Shown: positions 1 to 9,831 of the stretch, piece after piece
How positions within the stretch are numbered: the stretch's first letter is position 1
Layout: each line of letters opens with the position of its first letter
Origin: Candidatus Sulfotelmatobacter sp.
GTDB taxonomy: Bacteria; Acidobacteriota; Terriglobia; Acidiferrales; UBA7541
Length of the DNA: 64,000 bases
NCBI GenBank assembly: GCA_035524015.1
Contig: DATKPS010000105.1
Coordinates: forward strand, 11,680-75,679
Direction of reading: 5' to 3'
Notes under the pieces: generated by a model
What the model was told of the DNA's origin: nothing
What the model saw: the letters and a program-made list of their open reading frames with translations, nothing else
Database searches by the model: none
Position numbers and translations under genes: made by a program

Positions 1-569
1 CTCTTTTCCGATGCGGGCTCATCATGATTGTACGAGTAGTCCCAGACGGTTCTTCCGGTTTTTCGGTCGCGCAAGTACACCACGAAGGTCAGGCGCGCCA
101 GTACATTCGAAGAAGAATCCACTTCCTTAAAATCGTAAAGGTGCCCACCCAGGATAAACCGGCCGTTTGGATCAGAGCGCACCGTATACACCGCCTGGAA
201 CCGCCCCGTGGATCGCAACCCGCGCACAAATGCAATCTGCATAATCTCCACCGGCGAATTGGCCCATCGGGAAAATTCGTAGGTGCCCATTTCCGGAGAA
301 TCAAAGCCGTATACAATCTTGTTATCCAGATAGAGCGGCGAGGCCTCAAAAGGCCGCACCATCAGCGAGGCATTCACCGCGTCAGGCGCCACGGTGCTCT
401 TGGTGGGATAGCTGAGTCCGTAATACTTGATCGGCCGGGGGGCGCCGCAACCCGCAAGCAATAATGTCAGCACCAAGCTTCCCGCCAGCAGACCGGCAGG
501 GTTGGCCACAGAGAGGATGCTGCGAAACCCACTCGCCATTTTCGGCAGACGAATTACGGAATCGTTCAT
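1..569 (-). CDS. PqiC-like ABC transport auxiliary lipoprotein (3' end outside window)
   Basis: Not in the ORF track because there is no stop in the window. Manual translation from ATG 569 (ATGA overlap with the mlaD stop): MNDSVIRL...LVLTLLLAGCGAPRPIKYYGL...MVRPFEASPLYLDNKIVY...YEFSRWANSP; LAGC lipobox; follows the MCE gene. Confidence 0.8.
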   Translation of the reverse strand, partial: MNDSVIRLPKMASGFRSILSVANPAGLLAGSLVLTLLLAGCGAPRPIKYYGLSYPTKSTVAPDAVNASLMVRPFEASPLYLDNKIVYGFDSPEMGTYEFSRWANSPVEIMQIAFVRGLRSTGRFQAVYTVRSDPNGRFILGGHLYDFKEVDSSSNVLARLTFVVYLRDRKTGRTVWDYSYNHDEPASEK

Positions 570-1534
570 GGCTTCTCTCCAGGCTTGCGGTCATGCGGCA
601 TTGCAGGATTCACCAGAATCTCGGGATGCGTCTTAATGGAGTCGGTAAACTCCTTCAAATTCTCGGAGACGATGCGCAGATTATTCAAAATTTCGCCGAT
701 GTTGTAATCGTTGTCGTCCAACAGCCGCTGCACCTGGTTCGTAAGCGCCGCAACGTTGTCCAACGATTCGTGCAGCTTCACCACCGAAGCGCGAATGTCC
801 GCCCGATTCTCATCCACCAGGCCATCGACCCTTTTGAGCGTGCCGTTGGCCTGCTCTACGGTGTGGTTAATCTGATCCAACAACGGGCTAAGTTTCTGCG
901 CCGCAATGTTCACGTTGTTCAGCGTGCTCTTAATTTGCGGACGATCCTCCTCGATCATGCCGTGCAGATTGTCGAGGGTGGACGAAATGTTGGCGCGATT
1001 GCGGTCGTTCAACAGATCGTTCACCCGGTCGATGGTCAGCTTCAATTGGGTCACGCGGTCATTCAGGTTCGTCAGTAATTGTTTGGCTTGTGGCGTTAAT
1101 TCGTTGATTTCCGCGGTCAGGTCGTTGAAGCCGACATATGGATCGGAGGGCAGCAAAGCGCCATCCGCCGCTCGCGGAGCATTCGGAGAACCTGCACGAA
1201 CCTCCAGGTGGTTATCGCCCAGTGGACTGAAACTCAAAATGGAGACGTGGCTGTCGGTCTTCACCGGAACATCGCCCTTTACGCTAAATGACATATCCAT
1301 CAGCGAAGGATCGCTCGGAACGATCGAGAGGTTTTCCACTCGTCCAACTTTCGGCCCGCCTTCAAAGCGAACACTAGCGCCAGGCTCGAGTCCCGCCGCA
1401 TTGTGGAATCTGGCGTGGAAGGTGTGCGTGGAGGTTGCAAACACGCCCGCCAGCGCGAAGACGGTAATCACCAACAAAATCGCGGCAATCACCACAAACA
1501 GCCCCACAAACACTTGTTCCTGCCTTGCTTGCAT
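566..1534 (-). CDS. mlaD: MlaD/MCE family protein
   Basis: N-terminal TM, MCE motif FHNAAGLEPGASVRFEGGPKVGRV, long C-terminal helical region. Confidence 0.92.
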   Translation of the reverse strand: MQARQEQVFVGLFVVIAAILLVITVFALAGVFATSTHTFHARFHNAAGLEPGASVRFEGGPKVGRVENLSIVPSDPSLMDMSFSVKGDVPVKTDSHVSILSFSPLGDNHLEVRAGSPNAPRAADGALLPSDPYVGFNDLTAEINELTPQAKQLLTNLNDRVTQLKLTIDRVNDLLNDRNRANISSTLDNLHGMIEEDRPQIKSTLNNVNIAAQKLSPLLDQINHTVEQANGTLKRVDGLVDENRADIRASVVKLHESLDNVAALTNQVQRLLDDNDYNIGEILNNLRIVSENLKEFTDSIKTHPEILVNPAMPHDRKPGEKP

Positions 1535-1537
1535 GCT

Positions 1538-2407
1538 CTACCTGCTCTTCCCCTGACTTTCTTCACCCCGCTTCGAGGAGGGTTCCGTCAGCATCTGCAG
1601 ATAATCCAACTCTTGAGCCACCGCCGGTTCCGGCACGCGATCGAGAAACTGGCGAACCCTGGGATGCGTGCTTTTTTGCATTTCCTGCACCGTACCCATG
1701 GCCACCACATCCCCTTTGTTGATGAGCACCATGCGGTCGGCGATCAAATACGCGCTGGCCAGTTCGTGCGTGACCACGATGATGGTCATGTGAAACGCTT
1801 TTTTCAGCTCCAGAATCAGCTGATCAATCCCCGCGGCAATGATCGGATCCAACCCCGCGGAAGGTTCGTCGAAAAACAGAATTTCTGGGTCCATGGCCAA
1901 AGCCCGCGCCACCGCTGCTCTCTTTTTCATGCCCCCGCTCAATTGCGACGGGTAAAAATCTTCGTAACCCGACAACCCCACTTGGTCCAGCTTCAGCCGA
2001 ACCATAATCTCCACCGTCGACGGCTCCAGCTTGGTATGTTCCACCAGCGGCAAAGCCACGTTTTCGCCCACGGTCATGGATCCGAACAGAGCGCCGCCTT
2101 GAAACGACATTCCCAGCCGCGTGCGAATGTCGTTTCGTTCGTCCTCGGAAATCGCGAAGAAATTCTTGCCACGAATCCACACCTCTCCGGAGGTGGGTTC
2201 CTGTAAGCCCACCAGCGTGCGCAACAGGGTGCTTTTTCCCGACCCCGAGCCACCCAGGATGACCAAGGTTTCGCCGCGCTGCACGTCGAACGAGATGCCG
2301 TGAAGAATTTCGCGGCCTCCATCGTAGCTCACGCGCAGGTCCCGGATGGAGATCATCGGGCCGGTGAGTTCGGCAGGTGTTGCGACAGTTGGTAGTTTAG
2401 GGGCCAT
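1538..2407 (-). CDS. mlaF: MlaF/Mkl-type ABC ATPase
   Basis: Walker A GGSGSGKS, LSGGMKKR signature, FFDEPSAGLDP; start taken at MAPKL. Confidence 0.93.
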   Translation of the reverse strand: MAPKLPTVATPAELTGPMISIRDLRVSYDGGREILHGISFDVQRGETLVILGGSGSGKSTLLRTLVGLQEPTSGEVWIRGKNFFAISEDERNDIRTRLGMSFQGGALFGSMTVGENVALPLVEHTKLEPSTVEIMVRLKLDQVGLSGYEDFYPSQLSGGMKKRAAVARALAMDPEILFFDEPSAGLDPIIAAGIDQLILELKKAFHMTIIVVTHELASAYLIADRMVLINKGDVVAMGTVQEMQKSTHPRVRQFLDRVPEPAVAQELDYLQMLTEPSSKRGEESQGKSR

Positions 2408-2411
2408 AGAG

Positions 2412-3209
2412 TTAGTCCTGCGCCAAAACAAAGAAGAGCATTGTAAAGACCAGGTCCACCAAAATCACAAGAAAAATCGAGACCACCACCGCTTTCGTCG
2501 TAGAGCGGCCGACTTGCTCGGCGCCGCCACCAGTGTTGAAACCTTCCAGGCAACCCACGGCGGTAATGGTAATGCCGAACATCACGCTCTTGACCAGGCC
2601 CGTGACTACGTCGCGCAAAAACAGCGCGTCCAGGGAGGCCAGGATGTATCGCTGGAAGGTGAAGTCCGCCTTCAGCACGCCAAACAGTGAGCCTCCCAAA
2701 ATTCCCATGAAATTCGCCCAAATGGTCAGGCAAGGCAGCATCAGGATCATGGCCACGAATTTTGGTGCCACCAGGAAGCCCACCGGATCGATGGCCATGG
2801 TTTCCAGCGCGTCGATCTCCTCCGTGACCTTCATCGTGCCGATTTCCGCAGCAAACGCAGATCCAGACCGGCCAATCACAATCACCGCGGTGATTAACGG
2901 ACCAAGTTCGCGGGTCATGGAAATGGCCACGGCGCTGGCTACAAAGCCCATGGCTCCGAAGCGCCGTAACTCGTAGGCCGCCTGCAGCGCCAAGATCAAC
3001 CCAATGAAAAACGTAATCAAAGAGAGGATGGGCAGCGCGCGCACACCCGCTTCCATCGCCTGGGAAACCGATTTCTGAATGCGTGCCGGCTTTCCTTGCC
3101 ACGGCGCTACGAAGGTGAAGTAGGCCGCGCGAAAAGCAAGCATGGTCAGCGAGCCCATGTAGGACAGCCCGCCGAGCACGGCGCTACCAATTTGTCGAAT
3201 AAGCTCCAA
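2412..3209 (-). CDS. mlaE: MlaE family ABC permease
   Basis: RELGPLITA...GRSGSAFAAEIGTMKVTEEIDALETM motif. Confidence 0.95.
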   Translation of the reverse strand: MELIRQIGSAVLGGLSYMGSLTMLAFRAAYFTFVAPWQGKPARIQKSVSQAMEAGVRALPILSLITFFIGLILALQAAYELRRFGAMGFVASAVAISMTRELGPLITAVIVIGRSGSAFAAEIGTMKVTEEIDALETMAIDPVGFLVAPKFVAMILMLPCLTIWANFMGILGGSLFGVLKADFTFQRYILASLDALFLRDVVTGLVKSVMFGITITAVGCLEGFNTGGGAEQVGRSTTKAVVVSIFLVILVDLVFTMLFFVLAQD

Positions 3210-3248
3210 TGAAGTTACCGGCCTGGTTCGAGGAATTCCCCATTACCC

Positions 3249-3581
3249 TCAAGACGCAAGGGCTTGCTCTTCGCTGTCATAAATTTCGAAGATCTTCTGC
3301 AAGCGGGATAGCTCCATCACTTCGCGCACCGAAGCATTCAACCCATAAAGAATCAGGCGAGCGCCATTATCCCTGGCAGCTTTCAAGCCTTCCACCAGCG
3401 AAGCGATACCCGAGCTGTCGATGTAACGGACGCCTTTTAGATTCAGAAACACTCGGCGAGTATGTTTTTCTTTGATCTCGCCCAACAAGGCCTTGCGCAT
3501 CGTCGGCGAATTAGCCAGGTCGATATCGCCGGATATATCGAAAATGGCCATATTCTCGGAATGTCGGGCAGCGATCTGCAC
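3249..3581 (-). CDS. STAS-domain anti-sigma factor antagonist (SpoIIAA/RsbV-like; possibly MlaB role)
   Basis: GDIDLANSP...LNLKGVRYIDSSGIASLV with phosphorylatable Ser. Confidence 0.9.
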   Translation of the reverse strand: MQIAARHSENMAIFDISGDIDLANSPTMRKALLGEIKEKHTRRVFLNLKGVRYIDSSGIASLVEGLKAARDNGARLILYGLNASVREVMELSRLQKIFEIYDSEEQALAS

Positions 3582-3584
3582 GGT

Positions 3585-4100
3585 CTATTCTCCTCCTGAT
3601 GGATGGCCTGGCTTAGAAGGCGCCAGGTATTTCACCATGCGCAGCAAGTTCTTACCGCTCTTGCGCCGGAATTCTACTACGTCCATGCTCTGTTTCATAA
3701 AATGAAGGCCCAAGCCTCCGGGGCGAATTTCGTCGAGAGGCCGGCCTGACAGCTTTTTGGGATCCGGGGCAATACCGGAGTCGGACAGCTCAATTTCCAA
3801 CCCCAGTGGTTCCTTCTTGTCTGACCCGCCGAACAACCGCCGGCAGGTAACCTCGATCGGCAAACCGCCGCGGCCCTTGTAGGCATGCCGGATTACATTG
3901 GCCAGTGCCTCGTCCACCGAACGCACGATCGCGCGGCAATCCGGCTCCTGGAAATGGATCACTTCGCTGGCCCGCTCCAGCGCCGAGCGCACCAAACAAA
4001 GCGCTTCGGGATTGCTTTCCAGATACAACCGCATCATGAGCTCGGAGCGCGGTCGCGACCGGGCTGGTTTGCCTTTCTTTGTTGTTTTGGAACCCGCCAC
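3585..4100 (-). CDS. RsbW/SpoIIAB-like Ser kinase / anti-sigma factor
   Basis: N-box VDEALANVIRHAY, SDSG, GGLGLHFMKQSMD. Confidence 0.9.
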   Translation of the reverse strand: MAGSKTTKKGKPARSRPRSELMMRLYLESNPEALCLVRSALERASEVIHFQEPDCRAIVRSVDEALANVIRHAYKGRGGLPIEVTCRRLFGGSDKKEPLGLEIELSDSGIAPDPKKLSGRPLDEIRPGGLGLHFMKQSMDVVEFRRKSGKNLLRMVKYLAPSKPGHPSGGE

Positions 4101-4204
4101 CCGCGTGTCTGTCTCCTAGCCAGGAAGCTAGTTTGTCCCCTGGGACAGGAGACATTGCCATTTTCCAGGGCTGCTGACAACCAATTTTATTCCGGCCAGC
4201 CCAC

Positions 4205-5173
4205 TCAGCGCAGCGCCGCGTACAAAGCCTCTTTCCAACGGGCATTGTCGATGCTCCAAAGAATTTCCGCTTGGTGTCCATCCGCCAGGGATTGCGCCCA
4301 CGCCTGACGGTTCCGTTCGTCTCCGGCCACATGCAAGCGATCGACAATGGTCATCCCGCGCGTCAGTTCACTTTCCGTTTCCACCTCTACCAGGTGCTTC
4401 GAACGTGCAGTGACCATCGATGGATCCAACGCTACCGCCATCGCCACCGGGTCCGGCAACGCGATGCCAGGTTCGCCGGTTTGCCGCAAAAAAGCTTGCT
4501 GCGCCATGCTATTGCATTCGATCGCAAACTCAGCAATCGGATTCTTAAAACTCAAAATGTGTTCGATTTCCGAACTATTTAAAACTGCGCCATGGCGGCT
4601 GAGATGCCAGCCAACCAACTCAATTGGCAATCCACTCCTCATCACCATGCGCGCCGCCTCCGGATCGCACCAGATATTGTATTCGGCTGCCGGCGTCACG
4701 TTGCCCTCGCAGCACGGCGCTCCGCCCATCACCACGCACCGCCGGACCTTCCCGGCAATGTCTGCGCGTTTCTGCAGAGCAAGAGCAATGTTGGTTAGCG
4801 GGCCAAGCGTGACCATTTCCAGCGCGCCCGGATGCGTTTCCACCGTAGCGATGATGGCGTCGGCCGCGGACATGCGTTCCGGAACCCGCTTCGGCGGCGG
4901 ATAATCATGGTCGCCCAAACCATCCCGGCCGTGGAACCAGTCCGCTCCGTAGTGTTCGCGGCGTAGCGGCTTTTCCGCGCCGGCAAATACCGGGACGCAC
5001 GCACCGCACAACTCGGCGGTGTACAGAGCATTGCGCGTGGATTGCTCCACCCGCACATTCCCCGCCACCGTCGTTACGGCCACAACCTCCACTAGCGGGC
5101 TGCGCAGCGCCATGATCAACGCCACGGCATCATCCGAAGCGGTATCCGTATCAATCAAAAAGGGGCGTTTCAC
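4205..5173 (-). CDS. Inosine/uridine-preferring nucleoside hydrolase
   Basis: IDTDTASDDA, GPLTN, AEYNIWCDPEAA motifs; start moved from 5185 to GTG 5173 (see leaderless finding). Confidence 0.92.
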   Translation of the reverse strand: MKRPFLIDTDTASDDAVALIMALRSPLVEVVAVTTVAGNVRVEQSTRNALYTAELCGACVPVFAGAEKPLRREHYGADWFHGRDGLGDHDYPPPKRVPERMSAADAIIATVETHPGALEMVTLGPLTNIALALQKRADIAGKVRRCVVMGGAPCCEGNVTPAAEYNIWCDPEAARMVMRSGLPIELVGWHLSRHGAVLNSSEIEHILSFKNPIAEFAIECNSMAQQAFLRQTGEPGIALPDPVAMAVALDPSMVTARSKHLVEVETESELTRGMTIVDRLHVAGDERNRQAWAQSLADGHQAEILWSIDNARWKEALYAALR

Positions 5174-5397
5174 GCGCGGTAGCATAACAAATCCGAAAAT
5201 TTTACACGACTAGCCTTCGGCGAACTCAGTTCCCGCATTCACCTAACGACCGACTACAGTGAAGTCTGTATGACTCGCTTCCAGTATTCTCCCGATTGAA
5301 GAAACCTCGGGCCGCATCGCAAGCTAAGGTTTTTCGCATCTAGGTCGACCCCAACTGCGACGCTGGTGCACACGTCGCAAAGAAACGCTAACCAGGA

Positions 5398-6324
5398 ATG
5401 CGCTCCAAATGGCTCGACATGCGATCGACTGACACGCTGCCCGCCTCGGGCAAACTTCCTACGGTATCGACCGCCCACGCAAAAACGTTTCTAAAACGCG
5501 GCCTGGGTCGAAAAATCACCCAAATCCTCCGCAGATTCTGGGCCGGATGGCAGGTGGATTCCGCGACGGATATGGCCGCAGAAGTCTCGTTTTACTTCGC
5601 GCTGTCCTGCTTCCCTTTTCTCATGGTACTGACAGCTTTGCTGGCGTGGCTGAATCAGACTTCCGGCTTGTACGCGTTCTCGCAGTGGTTATCCGATTCC
5701 ATGCCGGCCAGCGCGCAAGAAATGATTTTGTCCGCGATGTCCGATTTGTCCAAGGGCAACGGCGGCATCCTATCGTTCGGACTCTTGCTGACGATCTGGA
5801 GCGCCTCGACCGGCTTCTTGAGTCTAATGAGCGCGCTCAGCAGAATTTATGGAATCAAGGATGATCGAAGCTATGTGGAGCAACGGGCCATCGCCATTGT
5901 CGCCACACTGGTGATGGCCGTTTTTCTATTAGCGTGCTTTGGAGTCTGGAGCGCCGGTCATTTGCTGGCGACCGTGTTTTCGCGCGACCTGGTCCACCTG
6001 GATGCTCAATTCCACTGGGTCCGCTGGCTGGTGACCTTGGCGATGGTTTGTTTCGCGGTGGACCTGATGAATTACTTTTTGCCCGGAAAACGGCTCCCCT
6101 GGCGGTGGGTCACGCCCGGGTCGCTGCTGACCAGCGTGTGTTTTATACTGGCAAGTGCCCTGCTCAGTTTGTATGTGAACCACAGCCCGAATATGGCTCG
6201 AGTCTATGGAACTCTTACCGGGTTCATCGGGATGATGCTGTGGATTTATCTGGTGAATTTGAGCATATTGCTGGGCGCGCAAACGGATGCCGCGGTCGCC
6301 GGGCAGGTCAGCGCAAAGTCATGA
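5398..6324 (+). CDS. YihY/virulence factor BrkB family membrane protein
   Basis: AAEVSFYFALSCFP, YGTLTGFIGMMLWIY, LLGAQ; multiple TMs; start uncertain. Confidence 0.88.
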   Translation: MRSKWLDMRSTDTLPASGKLPTVSTAHAKTFLKRGLGRKITQILRRFWAGWQVDSATDMAAEVSFYFALSCFPFLMVLTALLAWLNQTSGLYAFSQWLSDSMPASAQEMILSAMSDLSKGNGGILSFGLLLTIWSASTGFLSLMSALSRIYGIKDDRSYVEQRAIAIVATLVMAVFLLACFGVWSAGHLLATVFSRDLVHLDAQFHWVRWLVTLAMVCFAVDLMNYFLPGKRLPWRWVTPGSLLTSVCFILASALLSLYVNHSPNMARVYGTLTGFIGMMLWIYLVNLSILLGAQTDAAVAGQVSAKS

Positions 6325-8240
6325 AACGATTCTGGCGCAAGAGCAGGCATCGGCCGCGGCCATCACCACCAGTGACCTCAAGCAAATCTCTCCTTCCATC
6401 GATTCGCTTCGTGGCCGTCGCGCTGGCGATCTGCGGTGTTTTCCCATTGCTTCCTGTTCGGGTGTGGCCACAAGATGCCACCGCAAATTCCGCCAACGAC
6501 ATTCTGGCGCACCTGAATGCCGCCATTAGCTGGTACAAAAACGTCACCACGCGCATATCGCCGGGAACCGAGCCAAGCGATTCCCTTTACTTGAACACAG
6601 CGGAAAACCTGGCGGCGCAGGCGGTGCGCTTGGCATTTCAATCCGCCCGGGCACAAGCGGACTTGCTAGCCGAGAGCACCGTCTCGCCATCGAACACCGG
6701 CCAGCAAAATAGTCCGGCGGAGAAATATGCGCAGATGGAAGCGGAAGTATCGCAGCGCATCGAACAGGACCAAACGCAAATCGGCGCCCTGAAACAGAAG
6801 CACACGGGCAAGCAGCAGGATTGGCAGGCGCAGCAAGCGTCGCTCGAAGGCAAATTGGAGTTGGACAAAGCTGCGCTCGCCGCCGTTCAGCAGATGCGCA
6901 ATTTCGCCGAACAAAATAACGCCGGCGGCTCGGGATTGAAGGGCAGCATCAACGAGCTGGCGCGATCCGTGCCGGAGGTCATGGAAACGCAGGTCAATAA
7001 CAAAACGACCTCCGCCCCCGTGAACAATAAAAACGAGTCTAAATCTTCGCCAGGCTTGTTTGGCGAGTTGATCGCCATATACGGTGAGGTGCAGAGCGTT
7101 CGTTCCATCGAACAGCGCATCAACGAAGGCGACAACGTACAGAAAATCGCCACCAACCTCAGAACGCCTTTACGCGGCGAATTGACTGCCACCTTCAACC
7201 AGCAAAAAGAGCTGGCCACAAAGTCCGGAGTCACTAAGGAGCAATACGACGCGCTGACCCGGCGCTTCAAGGCGATCTCCGCCGCCATGCTCCCCCTCAC
7301 CGAAGAACTGCTGGTGCTGGACCAGAGCAAATCGAACCTGCTGCGATGGCGCACCGCCCATGTCAATGAATCGCGCTCCATGCTGGTTGCCATTCTCACG
7401 CGGGTGTTTCTGATCCTCTTCGCCATCGGCATCGTTTTGGGTTTGGCGGAAATTTGGCAACGACTGACCTTCCGCTATGTCCACGAACCGCGCCGGCGGC
7501 GGCAATTCCTGTTGCTACGGCGCGTGGTCATGGGCTTCCTGATCGCTCTGGTGATCGTGCTGGGCTTTGCCAGTGAGTTCAGTTCCTTGGCCACCTTTGC
7601 CGGTTTTGTGACCGCCGGCATTGCCGTGGGCTTACAAACCATCTTGCTGTCTGTCGCTGCGTACTTTTTTGTGATCGGGCGTTACGGCATCAGCGTCGGC
7701 GATCGCGTCAGCGTAGCGGGAGTAACCGGGGATGTGATTGACGTAGGCCTGTTTCGCTTCTATGTCATGGAATACGCGGGAACGGGATACGACCTCTATC
7801 CCACCGGCCGAATCGCGGTGTTCTCCAATGCCGTGTTGTTCCAAGCCACCACCCCGCTCTTCAAGCAATTACCCGGGACCCGCTATACCTGGCACGAGGC
7901 CGTTATTCCCTTGTCCCCCAAGGGCAATTACGCCGTCGTCCAGGACGCACTCGAATCCGCGATCGTGCCGGTCTTCAAAGAATATAAAATCGACACGTTT
8001 TGGCATCGTAGCGCCATCGACCAGACCGAGTTCCCCCTCACTCCGCCCGAGCCGCATCACCGTCTGCAGTTCTCCGACAGCGGTCCAGAGCTGGTGGCGC
8101 GCTATCCCGTGGCGCTGAATCGGGCGCTGGAGATCGACGACAAGGTTACCCGGGCGCTCATCGCAGCCATCGAGAAGAACGATCAAGTGTCGAGTGCCGT
8201 ATCCGGTCCCCCCAAGATTCGTGCGGCCGTGAAGGGCTGA
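6321..8240 (+). CDS. MscS-family mechanosensitive channel with large N-terminal helical periplasmic region
   Basis: AGIAVGLQ...ISVGDRVSVAGVTGDVIDVGL MscS core; ATGA overlap with yihY. Confidence 0.85.
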   Translation: MKRFWRKSRHRPRPSPPVTSSKSLLPSIRFVAVALAICGVFPLLPVRVWPQDATANSANDILAHLNAAISWYKNVTTRISPGTEPSDSLYLNTAENLAAQAVRLAFQSARAQADLLAESTVSPSNTGQQNSPAEKYAQMEAEVSQRIEQDQTQIGALKQKHTGKQQDWQAQQASLEGKLELDKAALAAVQQMRNFAEQNNAGGSGLKGSINELARSVPEVMETQVNNKTTSAPVNNKNESKSSPGLFGELIAIYGEVQSVRSIEQRINEGDNVQKIATNLRTPLRGELTATFNQQKELATKSGVTKEQYDALTRRFKAISAAMLPLTEELLVLDQSKSNLLRWRTAHVNESRSMLVAILTRVFLILFAIGIVLGLAEIWQRLTFRYVHEPRRRRQFLLLRRVVMGFLIALVIVLGFASEFSSLATFAGFVTAGIAVGLQTILLSVAAYFFVIGRYGISVGDRVSVAGVTGDVIDVGLFRFYVMEYAGTGYDLYPTGRIAVFSNAVLFQATTPLFKQLPGTRYTWHEAVIPLSPKGNYAVVQDALESAIVPVFKEYKIDTFWHRSAIDQTEFPLTPPEPHHRLQFSDSGPELVARYPVALNRALEIDDKVTRALIAAIEKNDQVSSAVSGPPKIRAAVKG

Positions 8241-8314
8241 CTCCCTAAGCGTGCATCGCGACATTGAAAAAAAGCTTCGAACGCCGCAAACTGGTTTGCG
8301 CCTGGTGATCGCTC

Positions 8315-9775
8315 GTGAAGATTGGCCGCTGCAGTGGAATCCTGTTACATCTGACCTCGCTCCCGGGAAACTACGGTATCGGGGATTTAGGACCGGAGAG
8401 CCGGCGCTTCGTCGATTTGCTCGTGGAAGCGCGGCAAAAGCTTTGGTGCGTCTTGCCGGTCAGTCCCACCGGTCCGCAAAATTCTCCCTACGAATGTTGC
8501 TCGACCTTCGCCGGCAATCCCTTGCTCCTCAGTCCCGAATCGCTAGTGGAACGCGGCTATCTTTCTCGCGCCGACCTGCGCTCTTCTCCGCACTTCCCGG
8601 TCTCGCAGGTGGATTACCCCGCGGTCCGCTCTTTTAAAGAAGCGCTGCTCAAGAAAGCTTTCCGCAATTTCACTGAGAACAAGGACTATGCCCAGTTTGT
8701 AAGCGAACACGCCTGGTGGCTTCACGATTACGCCCGCTTTATGGCCCTGAGCGAGGCGAACGACGGGGCATCCTGGACCGAATTCGATCCGCAAACGGAG
8801 CCCTCCGAACAGTCGATTCGCTTCCACAAATTCGTCCAATACGAATTCTTCCGGCAGTGGCACGCGTTACACCAATACTGCGCCAAGCGAAAAATCGCCA
8901 TCATGGGCGATATGTCCTTCTACGTGGAACACAATAGCGCCGATGTGTGGAGCAATCAGGAACTTTTCGACTTGCATTCCGACGGAACCCCACGGAACGT
9001 CGGTGGAGTTCCCCCCGATTATTTCAGCAAAAACGGTCAGCTTTGGGGAACCCCGGTGTATCGCTGGGATCGCCTGAAAAAGCGCGGATTCCAATGGTGG
9101 ATCAATCGCTTCAAATCGGCTTTTGAGTTAATGGACCTGCTGCGTCTGGACCATTTTCGCGGCTTTGAGGCGTATTGGAGCGTTCCGGCGCGCGCTTCCA
9201 CGGCAAAAAACGGCCGGTGGATTAAGGGCCCTGGAGCGGAATTATTTGAAACCGTGCGCCGGGAATTGGGGGAACTTCCAATCGTTGCGGAAAATCTCGG
9301 AATCATCACCCCAGAGGTCGAGGCCCTGCGCCACCAGTTCAGCTTCCCCGGAATGGCGGTGCTGCAGTTTGGCTTCGATGAATCGGGCATGCACCGCCCC
9401 AACAATTACGTGCGCCAGTTAGTCAGTTTCACAGGAACGCACGATAACGATACGACCCTTGGTTGGTGGAGAGCCATACACCGCGCTGCTCGCGGCACAA
9501 AAAGCGCCGAGAATCGCGCCACCGTGCAGCGCGTGAAGAGCTACCTGCAGCGCGACGGCCACGAGATTCACTGGTCCTTCATTCAAGCCGTGCTCACTTC
9601 GGTGGCGGACATTGCCATCATTCCGCTGCAAGATGTGCTCGGGCTGGGCACCGAAGCGCGCATGAACATGCCCGGCCGCCCCAAAGGCAACTGGCGCTGG
9701 CGTTTCCGCCACAAAGAAATAAATCGCACCACGATAGAGCGGCTGCGGGATCTCACGATCGTCTCCGGTCGATAA
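8315..9775 (+). CDS. malQ: 4-alpha-glucanotransferase (amylomaltase, GH77)
   Basis: SGILLHLTSLPG, GVPPDYFS..GQLWG, RLDHFRGF, AENLG, TGTHDNDT. Confidence 0.95.
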   Translation: MKIGRCSGILLHLTSLPGNYGIGDLGPESRRFVDLLVEARQKLWCVLPVSPTGPQNSPYECCSTFAGNPLLLSPESLVERGYLSRADLRSSPHFPVSQVDYPAVRSFKEALLKKAFRNFTENKDYAQFVSEHAWWLHDYARFMALSEANDGASWTEFDPQTEPSEQSIRFHKFVQYEFFRQWHALHQYCAKRKIAIMGDMSFYVEHNSADVWSNQELFDLHSDGTPRNVGGVPPDYFSKNGQLWGTPVYRWDRLKKRGFQWWINRFKSAFELMDLLRLDHFRGFEAYWSVPARASTAKNGRWIKGPGAELFETVRRELGELPIVAENLGIITPEVEALRHQFSFPGMAVLQFGFDESGMHRPNNYVRQLVSFTGTHDNDTTLGWWRAIHRAARGTKSAENRATVQRVKSYLQRDGHEIHWSFIQAVLTSVADIAIIPLQDVLGLGTEARMNMPGRPKGNWRWRFRHKEINRTTIERLRDLTIVSGR

Positions 9776-9831
9776 AAGCGCAGCCCCCTTCCAAGCTGCG
9801 TGACCGACGTCGTGAGGCACCGGCTGGCGCA

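Noticed and set aside
5934-6320. N-terminal extension of the 768-aa MscS ORF
   Set aside because: It overlaps yihY in another frame; the ATGA-coupled start at 6321 is more plausible
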